A stretch of 64,000 nucleotides of DNA from Holophagae bacterium (GTDB lineage Bacteria; Acidobacteriota; Thermoanaerobaculia; Thermoanaerobaculales; Sulfomarinibacteraceae): the NCBI GenBank assembly GCA_003105185.1, contig PQAJ01000245.1:35253-99252 (forward strand), written 5' to 3'. The position numbers and the translations under genes are program-made. The notes beneath the pieces were generated by a model. It ran no database searches, had not been told where the DNA came from, and saw only the letters and a program-made list of their open reading frames with translations. Positions within the stretch are counted from its first letter, which is position 1. Each line of letters begins with the position of its first letter. Positions 9,158-17,792 of this stretch are shown piece by piece.

Positions 9158-9697
9158 TCAGAATTCCTGCAGGCTCCATGAGGCCGTGTTGAGCATCACG
9201 CCCATCACCATGATCGCCAGCGTCAGCACCAGCCCCGAGATGCTCAGGAACATCGACTGCTTGCGGATGCTCCGCAGCTCCTCTTCCGTCACGTGCTCAC
9301 CACGGGCCTGCGCTTCGAGCTTGTCGAGCTGCCGCGGCCCGAACCAGAACATGTGCAGCGTGATTACGGCCAGCATCACCATCAGCACTGTCATCTTGAT
9401 GACGAACACCACACCGTAGCGGAGCGACAGGAAGTCCGCGTCGCCCGGCACCGCGTAGTGGTCGCGCCAGTCGATGATGAGATAGGTCCCCGCGACCATG
9501 GTCAGGATCAGCCCGAAGCCACCCAGGTAGCCGAAGCGCCGGGTAATGACCCGCATCGCGGCGATCCGGGTCGGCATGTCGGTAATCTGGCGCGAAGCCG
9601 GTACCCAGGCCACCGCCAGGAAAAACTGCGGCCCCACCCAGAGCGTGATACCCAGGATGTGCAGCCAGATGAACGTGATGTGCAGCGTATCTTCCAC
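9158..9697 (-). CDS. four-TM membrane protein (CopD-like topology, family uncertain)
   Basis: A GTG at 9697 is preceded by GGGGGGA. The hydrophobic product begins VEDTLHITFIWLHILGITLWVGPQFF... The upstream 104 codons of the ORF-track call are Gly/Pro/Arg-rich and overlap the divergent promoter region. Confidence 0.65.
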   Translation of the reverse strand: MEDTLHITFIWLHILGITLWVGPQFFLAVAWVPASRQITDMPTRIAAMRVITRRFGYLGGFGLILTMVAGTYLIIDWRDHYAVPGDADFLSLRYGVVFVIKMTVLMVMLAVITLHMFWFGPRQLDKLEAQARGEHVTEEELRSIRKQSMFLSISGLVLTLAIMVMGVMLNTASWSLQEF

Positions 9698-9994
9698 GGT
9701 CCCCCCGGTTCGGCCGGTGCGGCCCACCCGGATCGATTGAACCGTACCCGGGCCCACCGGTGAAGCGGGCGGCCTCGATAGGGGCGATTGATGTGCAGGG
9801 CAACCAGTGCCTGGCTGGGACCGTCTCGTCGCGGTCGCCTTGGGCCTACCGTGGCCTGCCCCACCAGGAGGGTCCACCGGGGCACCCCCTGGCTCTGGCT
9901 GGTGCTCGTGGTGGCCGCCCTGGCCCATCGTCGCCTGCGCGTGGGGCGTGGCAAGCGCCACTCGTCTACCCCACCGGCCGCCGCGCGCGCTCCC

Positions 9995-10000
9995 TATAAT
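9995..10000 (+). promoter_or_regulatory. TATAAT -10 element 7 nt upstream of an ATG (candidate leaderless promoter)
   Basis: tcccTATAATcccgttcATG. The ATG at 10008 has no Shine-Dalgarno sequence. Confidence 0.3.
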
Positions 10001-10007
10001 CCCGTTC

Positions 10008-10904
10008 ATGACTACCTACGAACACCTCCTGATTGACCGCGTCGGCACGGATGGCCGCGTCGCCCGCCTCACCCTCAACCGCCCGGAGAAGATGAACGCG
10101 CTCTCCCAGGAGCTGCTCTTCGAATTCAACGACGCCCTCCACGAACTCGAAGCCGACGACTCGGCCCGCACGATCATCGTGCGCGGCGCCGGGCGCACCT
10201 TCAGCGCGGGATACGACCTGGCTCCCGCCCGGGGTGGCGCCGATGCCGTCGTGCGCCGCTACCGCGCGGTCGACGACCAGCGCCGGCGGCTGCTCATGGG
10301 CATCCGCACCGGCATGCAGCAGATCACCGACATCCACATGTACTTCTGGAACATGGCGAAGGTGACCGTCGCCCAGGTCCACGGCTACGCCTTCGCGGGC
10401 GGCGCCGAACTCGCGATGATGGCCGACCTCGTGGTCGCTGCCGAGGACGCCCAGATAGGCCACCCCGGCCTGCGCGGGCTCGGCACGAGCCGCACCGGCG
10501 TCATCTGGCCGCTCGTCATCGGCATGCGCAAGGCCAAGGAGCTCTACTACACCGGCGACGCTATCTCCGGCGCCGAGGCCGAACGCATCGGTATGATCAA
10601 CTACGCCTGGCCGAAGGACGACCTCGAAGCCAACACGATCGGCCTGGCCGACCGCCTCGCCATCATGCCCGCCGACCACCTCGCCGTCCTCAAGCTCAAC
10701 ATGAACCGCTTCTACGAAAACATGGGCATCTACTCGTCGGTCCGCAGCTCGACCGACCTGGACGCGGCCGGCCAGTTCACCAGTTTCAGCTACGGCTGGC
10801 AGGACAAGATGCGCGAAGGCGCCGAAAACGGCACAGGCCTGAAGGGCGCGCTGGACTGGCGCGAGGGCCCCTACCGCAAGGAGACGCCGGGCCTGAAGCG
10901 CTGA
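10008..10904 (+). CDS. enoyl-CoA hydratase/isomerase (crotonase) family protein
   Basis: MTTYEHLLIDRVGTDGRVARLTLNRPEKMNAL.. with FSAGYDL and GYAFAGGAELAMMADL crotonase motifs. The start is moved from 9807 to the ATG at 10008. Confidence 0.9.
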   Translation: MTTYEHLLIDRVGTDGRVARLTLNRPEKMNALSQELLFEFNDALHELEADDSARTIIVRGAGRTFSAGYDLAPARGGADAVVRRYRAVDDQRRRLLMGIRTGMQQITDIHMYFWNMAKVTVAQVHGYAFAGGAELAMMADLVVAAEDAQIGHPGLRGLGTSRTGVIWPLVIGMRKAKELYYTGDAISGAEAERIGMINYAWPKDDLEANTIGLADRLAIMPADHLAVLKLNMNRFYENMGIYSSVRSSTDLDAAGQFTSFSYGWQDKMREGAENGTGLKGALDWREGPYRKETPGLKR

Positions 10905-10930
10905 GCGATGCCCGAATTGATGCATGATAT

Positions 10931-10948
10931 GATGCCTGTGGAGGCATC
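10931..10948. promoter_or_regulatory. inverted repeat GATGCC-N6-GGCATC overlapping the RBS of the mazE-like gene
   Basis: gatgccTGTGGAggcatc encloses GGAGG 8 nt before the ATG at 10952. It could be an operator or an RBS-sequestering hairpin. Confidence 0.3.
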
Positions 10949-10951
10949 CAC

Positions 10952-11257
10952 ATGGTCATCAAGGAAACGCGGCCTTCCGTCGTCCGGACTACCGTTTCCC
11001 TCCCGGCGGACCTCCTGGCGAGGGTTGACGCATTGGTTGCGGTCGGCGGAGCTTCGTCGCGTACTGCGTTCATCATCGAGGCGCTGAGCGCGGACCTGGC
11101 ACGGCGAAAGGAGGAGGAGATCGACCGGACGTTCTACGAACTCGCCAACGATCCTGACCTTGCCGCCGAAGAGCGGGAACTCCATGCAGCCTTTACCGGT
11201 GCCGACCGGGAGAGCTGGTCGGCGATCAACGAAACTGACGGCGGCTGGGACGGGTGA
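10952..11257 (+). CDS. mazE: ribbon-helix-helix (CopG/MazE-like) antitoxin
   Basis: 101 aa. The N-terminal RTTVSLPADLLARVDALV..SRTAFIIEAL is an RHH signature. The stop overlaps the toxin start (GTGA). Confidence 0.8.
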   Translation: MVIKETRPSVVRTTVSLPADLLARVDALVAVGGASSRTAFIIEALSADLARRKEEEIDRTFYELANDPDLAAEERELHAAFTGADRESWSAINETDGGWDG

Positions 11258-11589
11258 ACCGGGGGGATGTGTACCTCGCCCGGCTCGACCCGGTAGAAGG
11301 CTCAGAACAGGCAGGCACGCGGCCCGTTGTCATCGTGTCCCGCGACAGCCTGAACAACACCCGGACACACGTAATTGCCGTGCCCCTCACGCGTACCCGG
11401 GGCTCGCGGCTCCTCCCGAGCCAGGTCGTGATCCCGGAGGGCGACGGTGGATTGCCGTCTGAATCGGTCGCGCGCACAGAACATGTCCGCGTGCTATCGA
11501 AAAAGCGCCTGCTACGCAGGTGGGGCGTCCTGTCGGCCGCTTCGCTGCGCTCCGTGGAAGCGGCCCTGAGAATCACGCTCCAGCTGTAG
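11254..11589 (+). CDS. mazF: MazF/PemK-family type II toxin endoribonuclease
   Basis: 111 aa: RGDVYLARLDPVEGSEQAGTRPVVIVS..AVPLT.. is the canonical MazF/PemK N-terminus. The GTG start overlaps the antitoxin stop. Confidence 0.9.
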   Translation: MNRGDVYLARLDPVEGSEQAGTRPVVIVSRDSLNNTRTHVIAVPLTRTRGSRLLPSQVVIPEGDGGLPSESVARTEHVRVLSKKRLLRRWGVLSAASLRSVEAALRITLQL

Positions 11590-11652
11590 GCCCAGTCGCT
11601 CCGGATTATCCCTCCGGGGGGCTGGCGAGGATATTGCCGCCGGCTTAGGATA

Positions 11653-11664
11653 GAACAGAAGTTC
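11653..11664. promoter_or_regulatory. perfect GAAC-N4-GTTC palindrome (Cheo/SOS-box-like, candidate LexA site)
   Basis: tAGAACAGAAGTTCTt lies 14 nt upstream of the DUF488 ATG (11678), between a possible -10 (TAGGAT) and the RBS (GAGG). Confidence 0.4.
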
Positions 11665-11677
11665 TTGAGGTTCGCGC

Positions 11678-12238
11678 ATGGCGTATCCCCTCTACACCGT
11701 GGGCCACTCTAACCACACCGCAGACGACCTCCTGGACCTGCTGCGGCGCAACGGCATTAGCGTGGTAGTGGATGTGCGTTCGTCGCCGTTCTCCCGCTAT
11801 TGTCCTCAGTTCAACCGTGAGCAGCTGGCCCGGCATTGCGCAGGCAAGCTGCGGTACGTGTGGATGGGGGATTCTCTCGGGGGGCGGCCGGCGGACCCCG
11901 CTTTTTACGACGAGGCTGGCCATGTGCTCTACGCGCCCCTCTCGCGCACAGAGTCGTTTCTCTCGGGGATAGGCGCATTGGAGCGAAATGCGGAGCGCTA
12001 TTCCATTGCGATACTGTGCTCCGAGGCCGACCCGATTGCCTGCCACCGGTCCCTTCTCATCACCCGGGTTCTGCGAGACCGAGGTATGCCGGATGACCGC
12101 ATACGGCATATTCTGGCAAACGGGACGGTTCGCAACGATTCGGAACTACCCGTTCAGGTTCCCATGCTGGAGGATGCGTGGAGATCGCCACTATCGGTTT
12201 TACACGAACCAGCGCTGAATCCTTCTTCGGGCGCATAG
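11678..12238 (+). CDS. DUF488 family protein (copy 1)
   Basis: YTVGHSNHT..VVDVRSSPFSR..ILCSEADPIACHRSLL are DUF488 hallmarks. Confidence 0.85.
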   Translation: MAYPLYTVGHSNHTADDLLDLLRRNGISVVVDVRSSPFSRYCPQFNREQLARHCAGKLRYVWMGDSLGGRPADPAFYDEAGHVLYAPLSRTESFLSGIGALERNAERYSIAILCSEADPIACHRSLLITRVLRDRGMPDDRIRHILANGTVRNDSELPVQVPMLEDAWRSPLSVLHEPALNPSSGA

Positions 12239-12615
12239 CCGAGTCCGGTGTCGCCGAAGTGTGGGATGTCCGGCTGAAAAAGTCATCGCAGCTTGCCGGA
12301 TTTGCGAAGCAGGGGGACCTGAAGTATTTCCTGGAAAGCCTTTGCGGGGTGAGCTATGTCGAGGTGCCCGAACTCGCGCCAGAGGCGGGCCTGCTTAAGG
12401 CGTACCGGGCCAAAAGCATCTGCTGGGATGACTACCAGGACGCCTATCTCAACTTGATCCGGACACGCCGCGTGGAACAGGTCCTGAATGCGCCGCTGAA
12501 CGGGAGCGGCATCGCCCTGCTTTGTAGCGAAGACACGCCGGGGCAGTGCCACCGGAGACTCGCGGCGGAGTACCTCCAACAACACTGGAAAGGCGTCGTG
12601 GTTCGCCACCTTTGA
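12178..12615 (+). CDS. DUF488 family protein (copy 2, divergent paralog)
   Basis: The GTG at 12178 is preceded by GGAGGA. MEIATIGFTRTSAESFF..VWDVRL..LLCSEDTPGQCHRRL. It overlaps the copy 1 tail by 61 nt in another frame. Confidence 0.85.
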   Translation: MEIATIGFTRTSAESFFGRIAESGVAEVWDVRLKKSSQLAGFAKQGDLKYFLESLCGVSYVEVPELAPEAGLLKAYRAKSICWDDYQDAYLNLIRTRRVEQVLNAPLNGSGIALLCSEDTPGQCHRRLAAEYLQQHWKGVVVRHL

Positions 12616-12630
12616 GCGGAGGATACCTCA

Positions 12631-13347
12631 GTGCAGATCCTGGTGACCCACGTGACGCGGATGGCTCACGGGTTTTGCTGCGTAGCCGGCCTGTCCGAGC
12701 GGGAGCACCGCCATGTCCGCCCGGTGGCGGGCCAGCGCTTACATACCGGCCTGCTCGCGCCACCCGGGCCGTTTGATATGGGAGCGGTAGTCGAACTCGG
12801 CCGGACTCACCCGGCAGGTGCGCGGCCGCCCGAGGTGGAGGATGCTCTGTTCGCTCCGGAGAGGGCACGACGGGCCGGCTATGTCTCACCATCCAGGCTG
12901 TGGAGCATCCTGGAGGAAACTGCGGCTGAGTCGCTTTACGACATCTTCGGGCCCAGCCTTGAACACCACCAGAACCGCCGGGCATCGGTTCCACTCCTGG
13001 CGGGCGAGGCATCACTCGGCACCTATCTTCCGATAGCGTCCTGTGCGCTGGCGGTCCGGACCACCGGCGATTCCGCAAGCCTGCGTGTTGTCCTCGCAAG
13101 CGAGGGCCTGGACCTTAGCCTGACCGATGCGCGCTACTACGAAGACGAGTTCCGGGCTCCGGCCATGGATCGCGTCCGCCTTGCCACGAAAGCCATTGAT
13201 GATGGCACCCCCGTCATCCTGGGCGTCGGGCTCACCCGGCCCTTCGCCCCGGCCGATGGGCAGAGCGAGCGGCACTGGTTACAGGTGAACGCCCTGCATC
13301 TCGCTTCGAACCCGGGCCTCCGTCTGCGGGCCGACGACCTCGCCTGA
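12631..13347 (+). CDS. hypothetical protein (238 aa), third gene of the DUF488 cassette
   Basis: The GTG at 12631 has GGAGGA 7 nt upstream and lies 16 nt after the DUF488 copy 2 stop. The N-terminus is MQILVTHVTRMAHGFCCVAG. I do not recognise the family. The antisense 216-aa ORF is Arg/Pro-rich and rejected. Confidence 0.65.
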   Translation: MQILVTHVTRMAHGFCCVAGLSEREHRHVRPVAGQRLHTGLLAPPGPFDMGAVVELGRTHPAGARPPEVEDALFAPERARRAGYVSPSRLWSILEETAAESLYDIFGPSLEHHQNRRASVPLLAGEASLGTYLPIASCALAVRTTGDSASLRVVLASEGLDLSLTDARYYEDEFRAPAMDRVRLATKAIDDGTPVILGVGLTRPFAPADGQSERHWLQVNALHLASNPGLRLRADDLA

Positions 13348-13353
13348 CCTACC

Positions 13354-13560
13354 TCACTCCTCCCCCGCGAGCTTTCCCGCCGCGATCCCCACGAACACCC
13401 CCAATACCGTCTCGATGATGTGCGTCAACGTGGTACTCACGCCCGCATCGCCGCCCACGGCGCCCAGCACCACGAGCCCACCCAGCGAAAGCAGCAGCGC
13501 GGCGCCCAGGACCGCCACGATCGCCGAGACCAGCCGTCCAACTGGCACCTCCTCGCTCAT
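13354..13560 (-). CDS. small two-TM membrane protein (68 aa)
   Basis: The ATG at 13560 gives MSEEVPVGRLVSAIVAVLGAALLLSLGGLVVLGAV.., which is strongly hydrophobic. Confidence 0.5.
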   Translation of the reverse strand: MSEEVPVGRLVSAIVAVLGAALLLSLGGLVVLGAVGGDAGVSTTLTHIIETVLGVFVGIAAGKLAGEE

Positions 13561-13810
13561 CGGAGTCTCACCCTGCCGGTGGCCCGGGAGATGGCCAGCG
13601 GCCGCCCGGGGTGGCGCAGGGCGCACGACACCAGTCCGCCGGTCGCACGCGCAAGCACGGCAACCGCCGCCAGCCAGCGGCTGTGGACCGTGCCCGCATC
13701 AAGGATCGTGAGTGCCATTGCCTGACCTCCCGGGAGTGGTAGTCAGGCAACCGTCGCGTCTTCGCGCGCACAACTCCAAGCACGGCCCGGCACAGCGTCA
13801 GCGGCTGGCA

Positions 13811-13850
13811 CACAGAAAAACGGGCGGCCCCGGTGGGAGGGGCCGCCCGT
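13811..13850 (-). terminator. intrinsic terminator downstream of the 13873-14229 gene
   Basis: On the minus strand: ACGGGCGGCCCC-TCCCACC-GGGGCCGCCCGT (perfect 12-bp stem) followed by TTTTTCTGTG. It begins 23 nt after the stop codon. Confidence 0.75.
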
Positions 13851-13872
13851 TGAGGCCGGAGCGGGGTGCGGG

Positions 13873-14229
13873 CTACTGCAGGCCAGTCCGCATCCGCTCC
13901 TTCTGCATTTCGAGCTCACGTTCCATCCGCTCCCGTTGCTCCGCTACCTCGGTAGAAGAGAACAGGCGGCCAGCAGTCTCATCCACCGGGTCGAGGCCGG
14001 GCTGCTCCAGCCGGTGATCGTCGATCTCGTGCTTCCCCAGGCGAAGGATGGCACGCGGCCCGTCCAGTTCAGCGATGTGGACGCAACTCAGCCAGTAGTC
14101 CGGAGACCAGGGGACGTCGACCTTGAAGTAGTCGCCTCTCACCTCTTTCACGTAGCCGAACTGGTTGCCATCGTTCGTCCAGACCGATGCGCCGACGGCG
14201 GGCCGCCGGATGTCCGATGTCGTACTCAT
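13873..14229 (-). CDS. small conserved protein (DUF2171/PRC-barrel-like by recollection)
   Basis: The ATG at 14229 has AAGGAGGT 7 nt upstream. MSTTSDIRRPAVGASVWTNDGNQFGYVKEVRGDYFKVDVPW... Confidence 0.75.
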   Translation of the reverse strand: MSTTSDIRRPAVGASVWTNDGNQFGYVKEVRGDYFKVDVPWSPDYWLSCVHIAELDGPRAILRLGKHEIDDHRLEQPGLDPVDETAGRLFSSTEVAEQRERMERELEMQKERMRTGLQ

Positions 14230-14378
14230 GGCGATACCTCCTTTGGGGCGCGTAGCGGCCATGGTGGACTTCGCGGCATCTCGGAGGTGCTGCACGAAGG
14301 GGCGAAGGCATTTCATCCGCATAACAGCGCGAAATCTTCACGCTATCCCCGGTGGGCTCACGTCCGGGCCGGCTCGAG

Positions 14379-15713
14379 CTACACTGCCGCCGCGGCGAAT
14401 CGCTCGTTGATTTGTGCCAGCCAGCGCTGGTCCCGCCCGTTCGGGCGCCGCTCGAGCCGGCCTGCCAGCAGGCGCTTTGCCCGCTCCGCGCGCCCCGCCC
14501 GGAGGTTCGCTTCGATCAGCGTCTCTTCGAAGATGTCGCGCTGGGCGTGGCTGCCGCCGAGCCGGATGAACTCCGGCGCAGCCGTTTCGAACAGGTTCGC
14601 CGCCAGGTCCCACTCCCCCGCGGCGAACGCTGAGTACCCCTCGGCCAGCGTCAGCAGCATCGGCCCCGCGTACACCTTCCCCCCGGCCGAGCGGTCGCGC
14701 AGCTGGCCGATGAGCGTGGTCAGACGCGCCTGGTCGTTGGTTGCGCACCACGCGATCATGCAATGCGCATCAGCCCAGACCATGCCTGAACGCGGGAACG
14801 CCCGGGCGGCGAAGTCCGCCACCTCAGCCCACGGCAGGGCGTCCGCTGACCGCTCGGTGAGCGTGCAGCGCCAGAGCAGCGATGCCGCGTCGGCGATCGT
14901 CCCGAGGGCAGCAGAGGTCGACACGCTGGGCTTAATGACCGCGTCGTACAGCTTCAGTACGCGATCCGTGTTGCCGGCCGCCAGTTCGAACAGCGCCAGG
15001 TGCCAGTGGTTGTGGCCATAGAGCTGGTGCGCGGGGTCGTAACCCACCAGCCAGTTCCGCATGAAATCCGCCCCGCCGGACGCATCACCGGTCTCGTAGG
15101 CGATGTGCGCGACCGTGTGCGACGCGTGGCCGTTCCGCTCGTACCCGGCCAACGAGCGCTCCACTGCGTTGCGCGCCTCCTCGTGGCGGAAGAGCTCGTT
15201 GTAGGCGAACCCGATCTGCGAGAGGAACCACCAGTCGTCACCGTAACGTGTGGCCATCGGCTCGAGCAGGGCGAGCTGCTCTTCGTTGCGTTCGAGCCGG
15301 CCGCTGAAACCGATGAGTCCGTAGACCCCGCAGGCCTGGGACAGCACGAATGCGTCCAGCGGGAACTCGGCAACCTGCTCGCGCAGCTTCGCCAGGGCGC
15401 CCACGGGGTCGCCGCCGATGGCGGTGGCGATGCAATCAATGTGCTGCTGTTCGCGGCGGGTGGCCGCCGGCGCGAGCTCCCGCGCCCGGGCGGCGGCCTG
15501 GTTCGCCTCGGCGGGCCTGGCGCGGAACTGGAGCATCCTCGCCTCGGCGACGTACGCGAGGGCGAAACCCGGGTCCTCTTCGCGCGCGGCGGCAAAGCAC
15601 CGTTCCGCCTGTGCCTCGGCCGCCAGCGAGTGGTCGAGCCCGCGCGAGTACAACTCGGCCGCTTTCGCGGAGGAGGTGGTGAGGGCAAGGCCGTAACGGT
15701 CGGTGAAAGCCAT
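14379..15713 (-). CDS. tetratricopeptide-repeat protein (TTC38-like family)
   Basis: The ATG at 15713 gives MAFTDRYGLALTTSSAKAAELYSRGLD.. followed by helical TPR-like repeats to the stop at 14379. The remaining 519 N-terminal codons of the 964-aa ORF-track call are antisense to the glycosyltransferase and are rejected. Confidence 0.85.
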   Translation of the reverse strand: MAFTDRYGLALTTSSAKAAELYSRGLDHSLAAEAQAERCFAAAREEDPGFALAYVAEARMLQFRARPAEANQAAARARELAPAATRREQQHIDCIATAIGGDPVGALAKLREQVAEFPLDAFVLSQACGVYGLIGFSGRLERNEEQLALLEPMATRYGDDWWFLSQIGFAYNELFRHEEARNAVERSLAGYERNGHASHTVAHIAYETGDASGGADFMRNWLVGYDPAHQLYGHNHWHLALFELAAGNTDRVLKLYDAVIKPSVSTSAALGTIADAASLLWRCTLTERSADALPWAEVADFAARAFPRSGMVWADAHCMIAWCATNDQARLTTLIGQLRDRSAGGKVYAGPMLLTLAEGYSAFAAGEWDLAANLFETAAPEFIRLGGSHAQRDIFEETLIEANLRAGRAERAKRLLAGRLERRPNGRDQRWLAQINERFAAAAV

Positions 15714-15902
15714 GGGGGTGCTCCCGGGCAGGGCGATTCTTCGCGCGCAGTCTACGGGAAAGCCAGCCGTTCTGATCCTCAGGGAGCGCGGGAGGTTTCG
15801 CGCTTGACCCTGCTGGAACTCCATGTCCGATTCGCGCCGGCGCAAGCCGCTCCAGCCCCTGTCACTTCTCCCTTCCTCCATCTCCCGGTACGCTTCGGCG
15901 CG

Positions 15903-17318
15903 ATGGGTCCCCGCATCCTCATCCTCGCCCGCGGACACCTTGGCAGTCACATGTCCGCCCCGGGTATTCGCGCCACTGCCCAGGCGCGCGTGCTGGCAGA
16001 GCATGTGCCCGGCGCGCGGGTCACGCTCGCCGGCCCCAACGCCGAATTCGAAGAGCCCGCCGACCGCGCCTACCGCGTCCTTCGCTGGAGCAACCGCAAC
16101 CTCCTCCAGCTCGTCGCTGCCCACGACATCATCATCTCCTCGGGCCTGCCGCCCCATGTGGCCGCCTTCTTCCCCTGGAAGCGCTTCGTGGTCGACCTCT
16201 TTTCGCAGTACGCCATGGAGTGGATGGAGGTTGGCCGCCAGCACCACCACGGCTACAAACGCCACGCCTGGGTGCAGCGGACGCGCACCATCCTCGGTAT
16301 GCAGCTCACCCTGGCCGACTTTGTCCTCACGTGTAACGAGCGCCAGCGCGATAGCTATGTCGGCATGATGGTTTCGCTCGGGCTGATTTCCCCCATCGCC
16401 TACGACAACGACCCGACCCTCCGGCGCTACATCGATTCGGCGCCCCACGGGATCCGCTCTGAGCTGCCCGAACCGGGCCGGAACGTCTTCCGCGGCATTC
16501 ACCCCGGCTTCAGTGAGACCGACAGGGTGATCATCTGGAACGGCGGCATCATCCAGTGGTACGACCCGGCAACCCTCCTCGAAGCCCTCCACATCCTCGG
16601 CCGCAACGATATCAAGCTGCTCTTCCTCGGGGCCGCCTACCCGGGCATCAAGGACCTCGGGACCGGCGTCCGCTTCCAGGATGCGAAGGCCATCGCCGCC
16701 CGCAACGGCCAGCTCGACCGCACCGTCTTCTTCGAAGAGGGCTGGGTCTCCCACGAAACCGCGAAGCGCTACGTCCAGGAAGCCGACATCTCGGTCTGCT
16801 CGTACTTCGATAACCTCGAAACGCGCTACAGCCACCGCACGCGCTTCGTCGACCTCATCTGGGCCGAGCTCCCGTTCATCTGTACCCACGGCGACGTGCT
16901 TGCCGAGGAAGTGGCGAAGAACACCTGGGGGATCGTAGTCCCGGAAGAGGACCCGGAAGCGCTCGCCCGCGCGATCGAAAAGCTGATCGACGACCGGGAG
17001 TTCCATGCACGCTGCAAGGCGAACCTCGCCGCCGCCCGCGCCTCGCTCCAATGGGACGTCACGATGGCGCCGCTCATCCGTTTCTGCGCCGACGAACGGC
17101 CGCCGGTCGCGCCGAAGTGGGAGCGCTTCCCCGGGCTCGTGCAGCGCGTCTTCACCTATGTTCTGCGGCGGGCCGTCTTCCAGGTGCTCGACAACCGCGA
17201 CAAACGAAAGGACCGCGAGCGAGATCGCAGAGAGAAGGCCGCCGAACGGGCGAGAGCCGCGCGACAAGCGCAAACGGCGGAAGGAGGTGAGGCCGGCATG
17301 CCGGCCGCTCGTGGATAG
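15903..17318 (+). CDS. glycosyltransferase (GT-B fold, GT4/GT1-like), paralog 1, with a basic C-terminal tail
   Basis: The ATG at 15903 gives MGPRILILARGHLGSHMSAPGIRA.. It is collinear and clearly homologous to the 17789-19102 product (..MEWMEV.., ..LTLADF.., ..IIWNGGI.., ..E.RY..EADISVC..ETRYSHRTR..D..WA.LP..T.GD). The tail is DKRKDRERDRREKAAERARAARQ. Confidence 0.85.
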   Translation: MGPRILILARGHLGSHMSAPGIRATAQARVLAEHVPGARVTLAGPNAEFEEPADRAYRVLRWSNRNLLQLVAAHDIIISSGLPPHVAAFFPWKRFVVDLFSQYAMEWMEVGRQHHHGYKRHAWVQRTRTILGMQLTLADFVLTCNERQRDSYVGMMVSLGLISPIAYDNDPTLRRYIDSAPHGIRSELPEPGRNVFRGIHPGFSETDRVIIWNGGIIQWYDPATLLEALHILGRNDIKLLFLGAAYPGIKDLGTGVRFQDAKAIAARNGQLDRTVFFEEGWVSHETAKRYVQEADISVCSYFDNLETRYSHRTRFVDLIWAELPFICTHGDVLAEEVAKNTWGIVVPEEDPEALARAIEKLIDDREFHARCKANLAAARASLQWDVTMAPLIRFCADERPPVAPKWERFPGLVQRVFTYVLRRAVFQVLDNRDKRKDRERDRREKAAERARAARQAQTAEGGEAGMPAARG

Positions 17319-17541
17319 GAAGGAGTTCCGGCGCCGGCTCGCAGCCAGGCCCGCCGACGTCCGTTTCGAGGAGCTGGATCGATTGCTACGCCTCTATGAC
17401 TGGGAACTTGATACCATTCGCGGAAGCCACCACGTGTACCAACGGCCTGGCGAACGGCTCCTGGTGATCCCGTTTCGCCGGCCGCGCGTCCTCGCGGTGT
17501 ACGTCCGGAAGGCCCTCGATGCAACCCGAGATGATGAATGA
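17311..17541 (+). CDS. hicA: HicA-family toxin (mRNA interferase)
   Basis: ..FEELDRLLRLYDWELDTIRGSHHVYQRPGERLLVIPFRRP.. carries the GSHH signature. The proposed GTG start at 17311 overlaps the glycosyltransferase stop (17316-17318). The stop overlaps the hicB ATG (ATGA). Confidence 0.7.
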   Translation: MDRKEFRRRLAARPADVRFEELDRLLRLYDWELDTIRGSHHVYQRPGERLLVIPFRRPRVLAVYVRKALDATRDDE

Positions 17542-17792
17542 CGCCTGACGAAATCGAGACCGAAGTCCAGCGCCGGCTAAGAATGCCCTACCACCGTGTC
17601 ATCACAGGCGAGCCCGTCGAGGGCTACCTCGGCGAGGTGCCCGAGTTGCCCGGCTGCCTGACTGCTGGTGAGACGCCGGCCGAAGCGCTGGCCAACCTCG
17701 ACGAGGCGATCGCCGCCTGGCTCGAAGCAGCCCTCAAGAACTCAATACCCATCCCCGATCCCGCGGCGGGCCCGGTCCGGCTGACAGCATGA
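17538..17792 (+). CDS. hicB: HicB-family antitoxin
   Basis: 84 aa with YHRVITGEPVEGYLGEVPELPGCLTAGETPAEA. The stop overlaps the next gene's ATG (ATGA at 17789-17792). Confidence 0.85.
   Translation: MTPDEIETEVQRRLRMPYHRVITGEPVEGYLGEVPELPGCLTAGETPAEALANLDEAIAAWLEAALKNSIPIPDPAAGPVRLTA

Noticed and set aside
15000-15902. N-terminal 301 codons of the 772-aa plus-strand ORF 15000-17318
   Set aside because: It is antisense to the TPR gene. The glycosyltransferase homology, including alignment with its paralog, begins at the ATG at 15903.
15714-17273. N-terminal 519 codons of the 964-aa minus-strand ORF 14379-17273
   Set aside because: Only the C-terminal 444 aa (from the ATG at 15713) look like a real TPR protein. 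The upstream part is antisense to the glycosyltransferase gene and is low-complexity (Gly/Arg/Asp/Val-rich).
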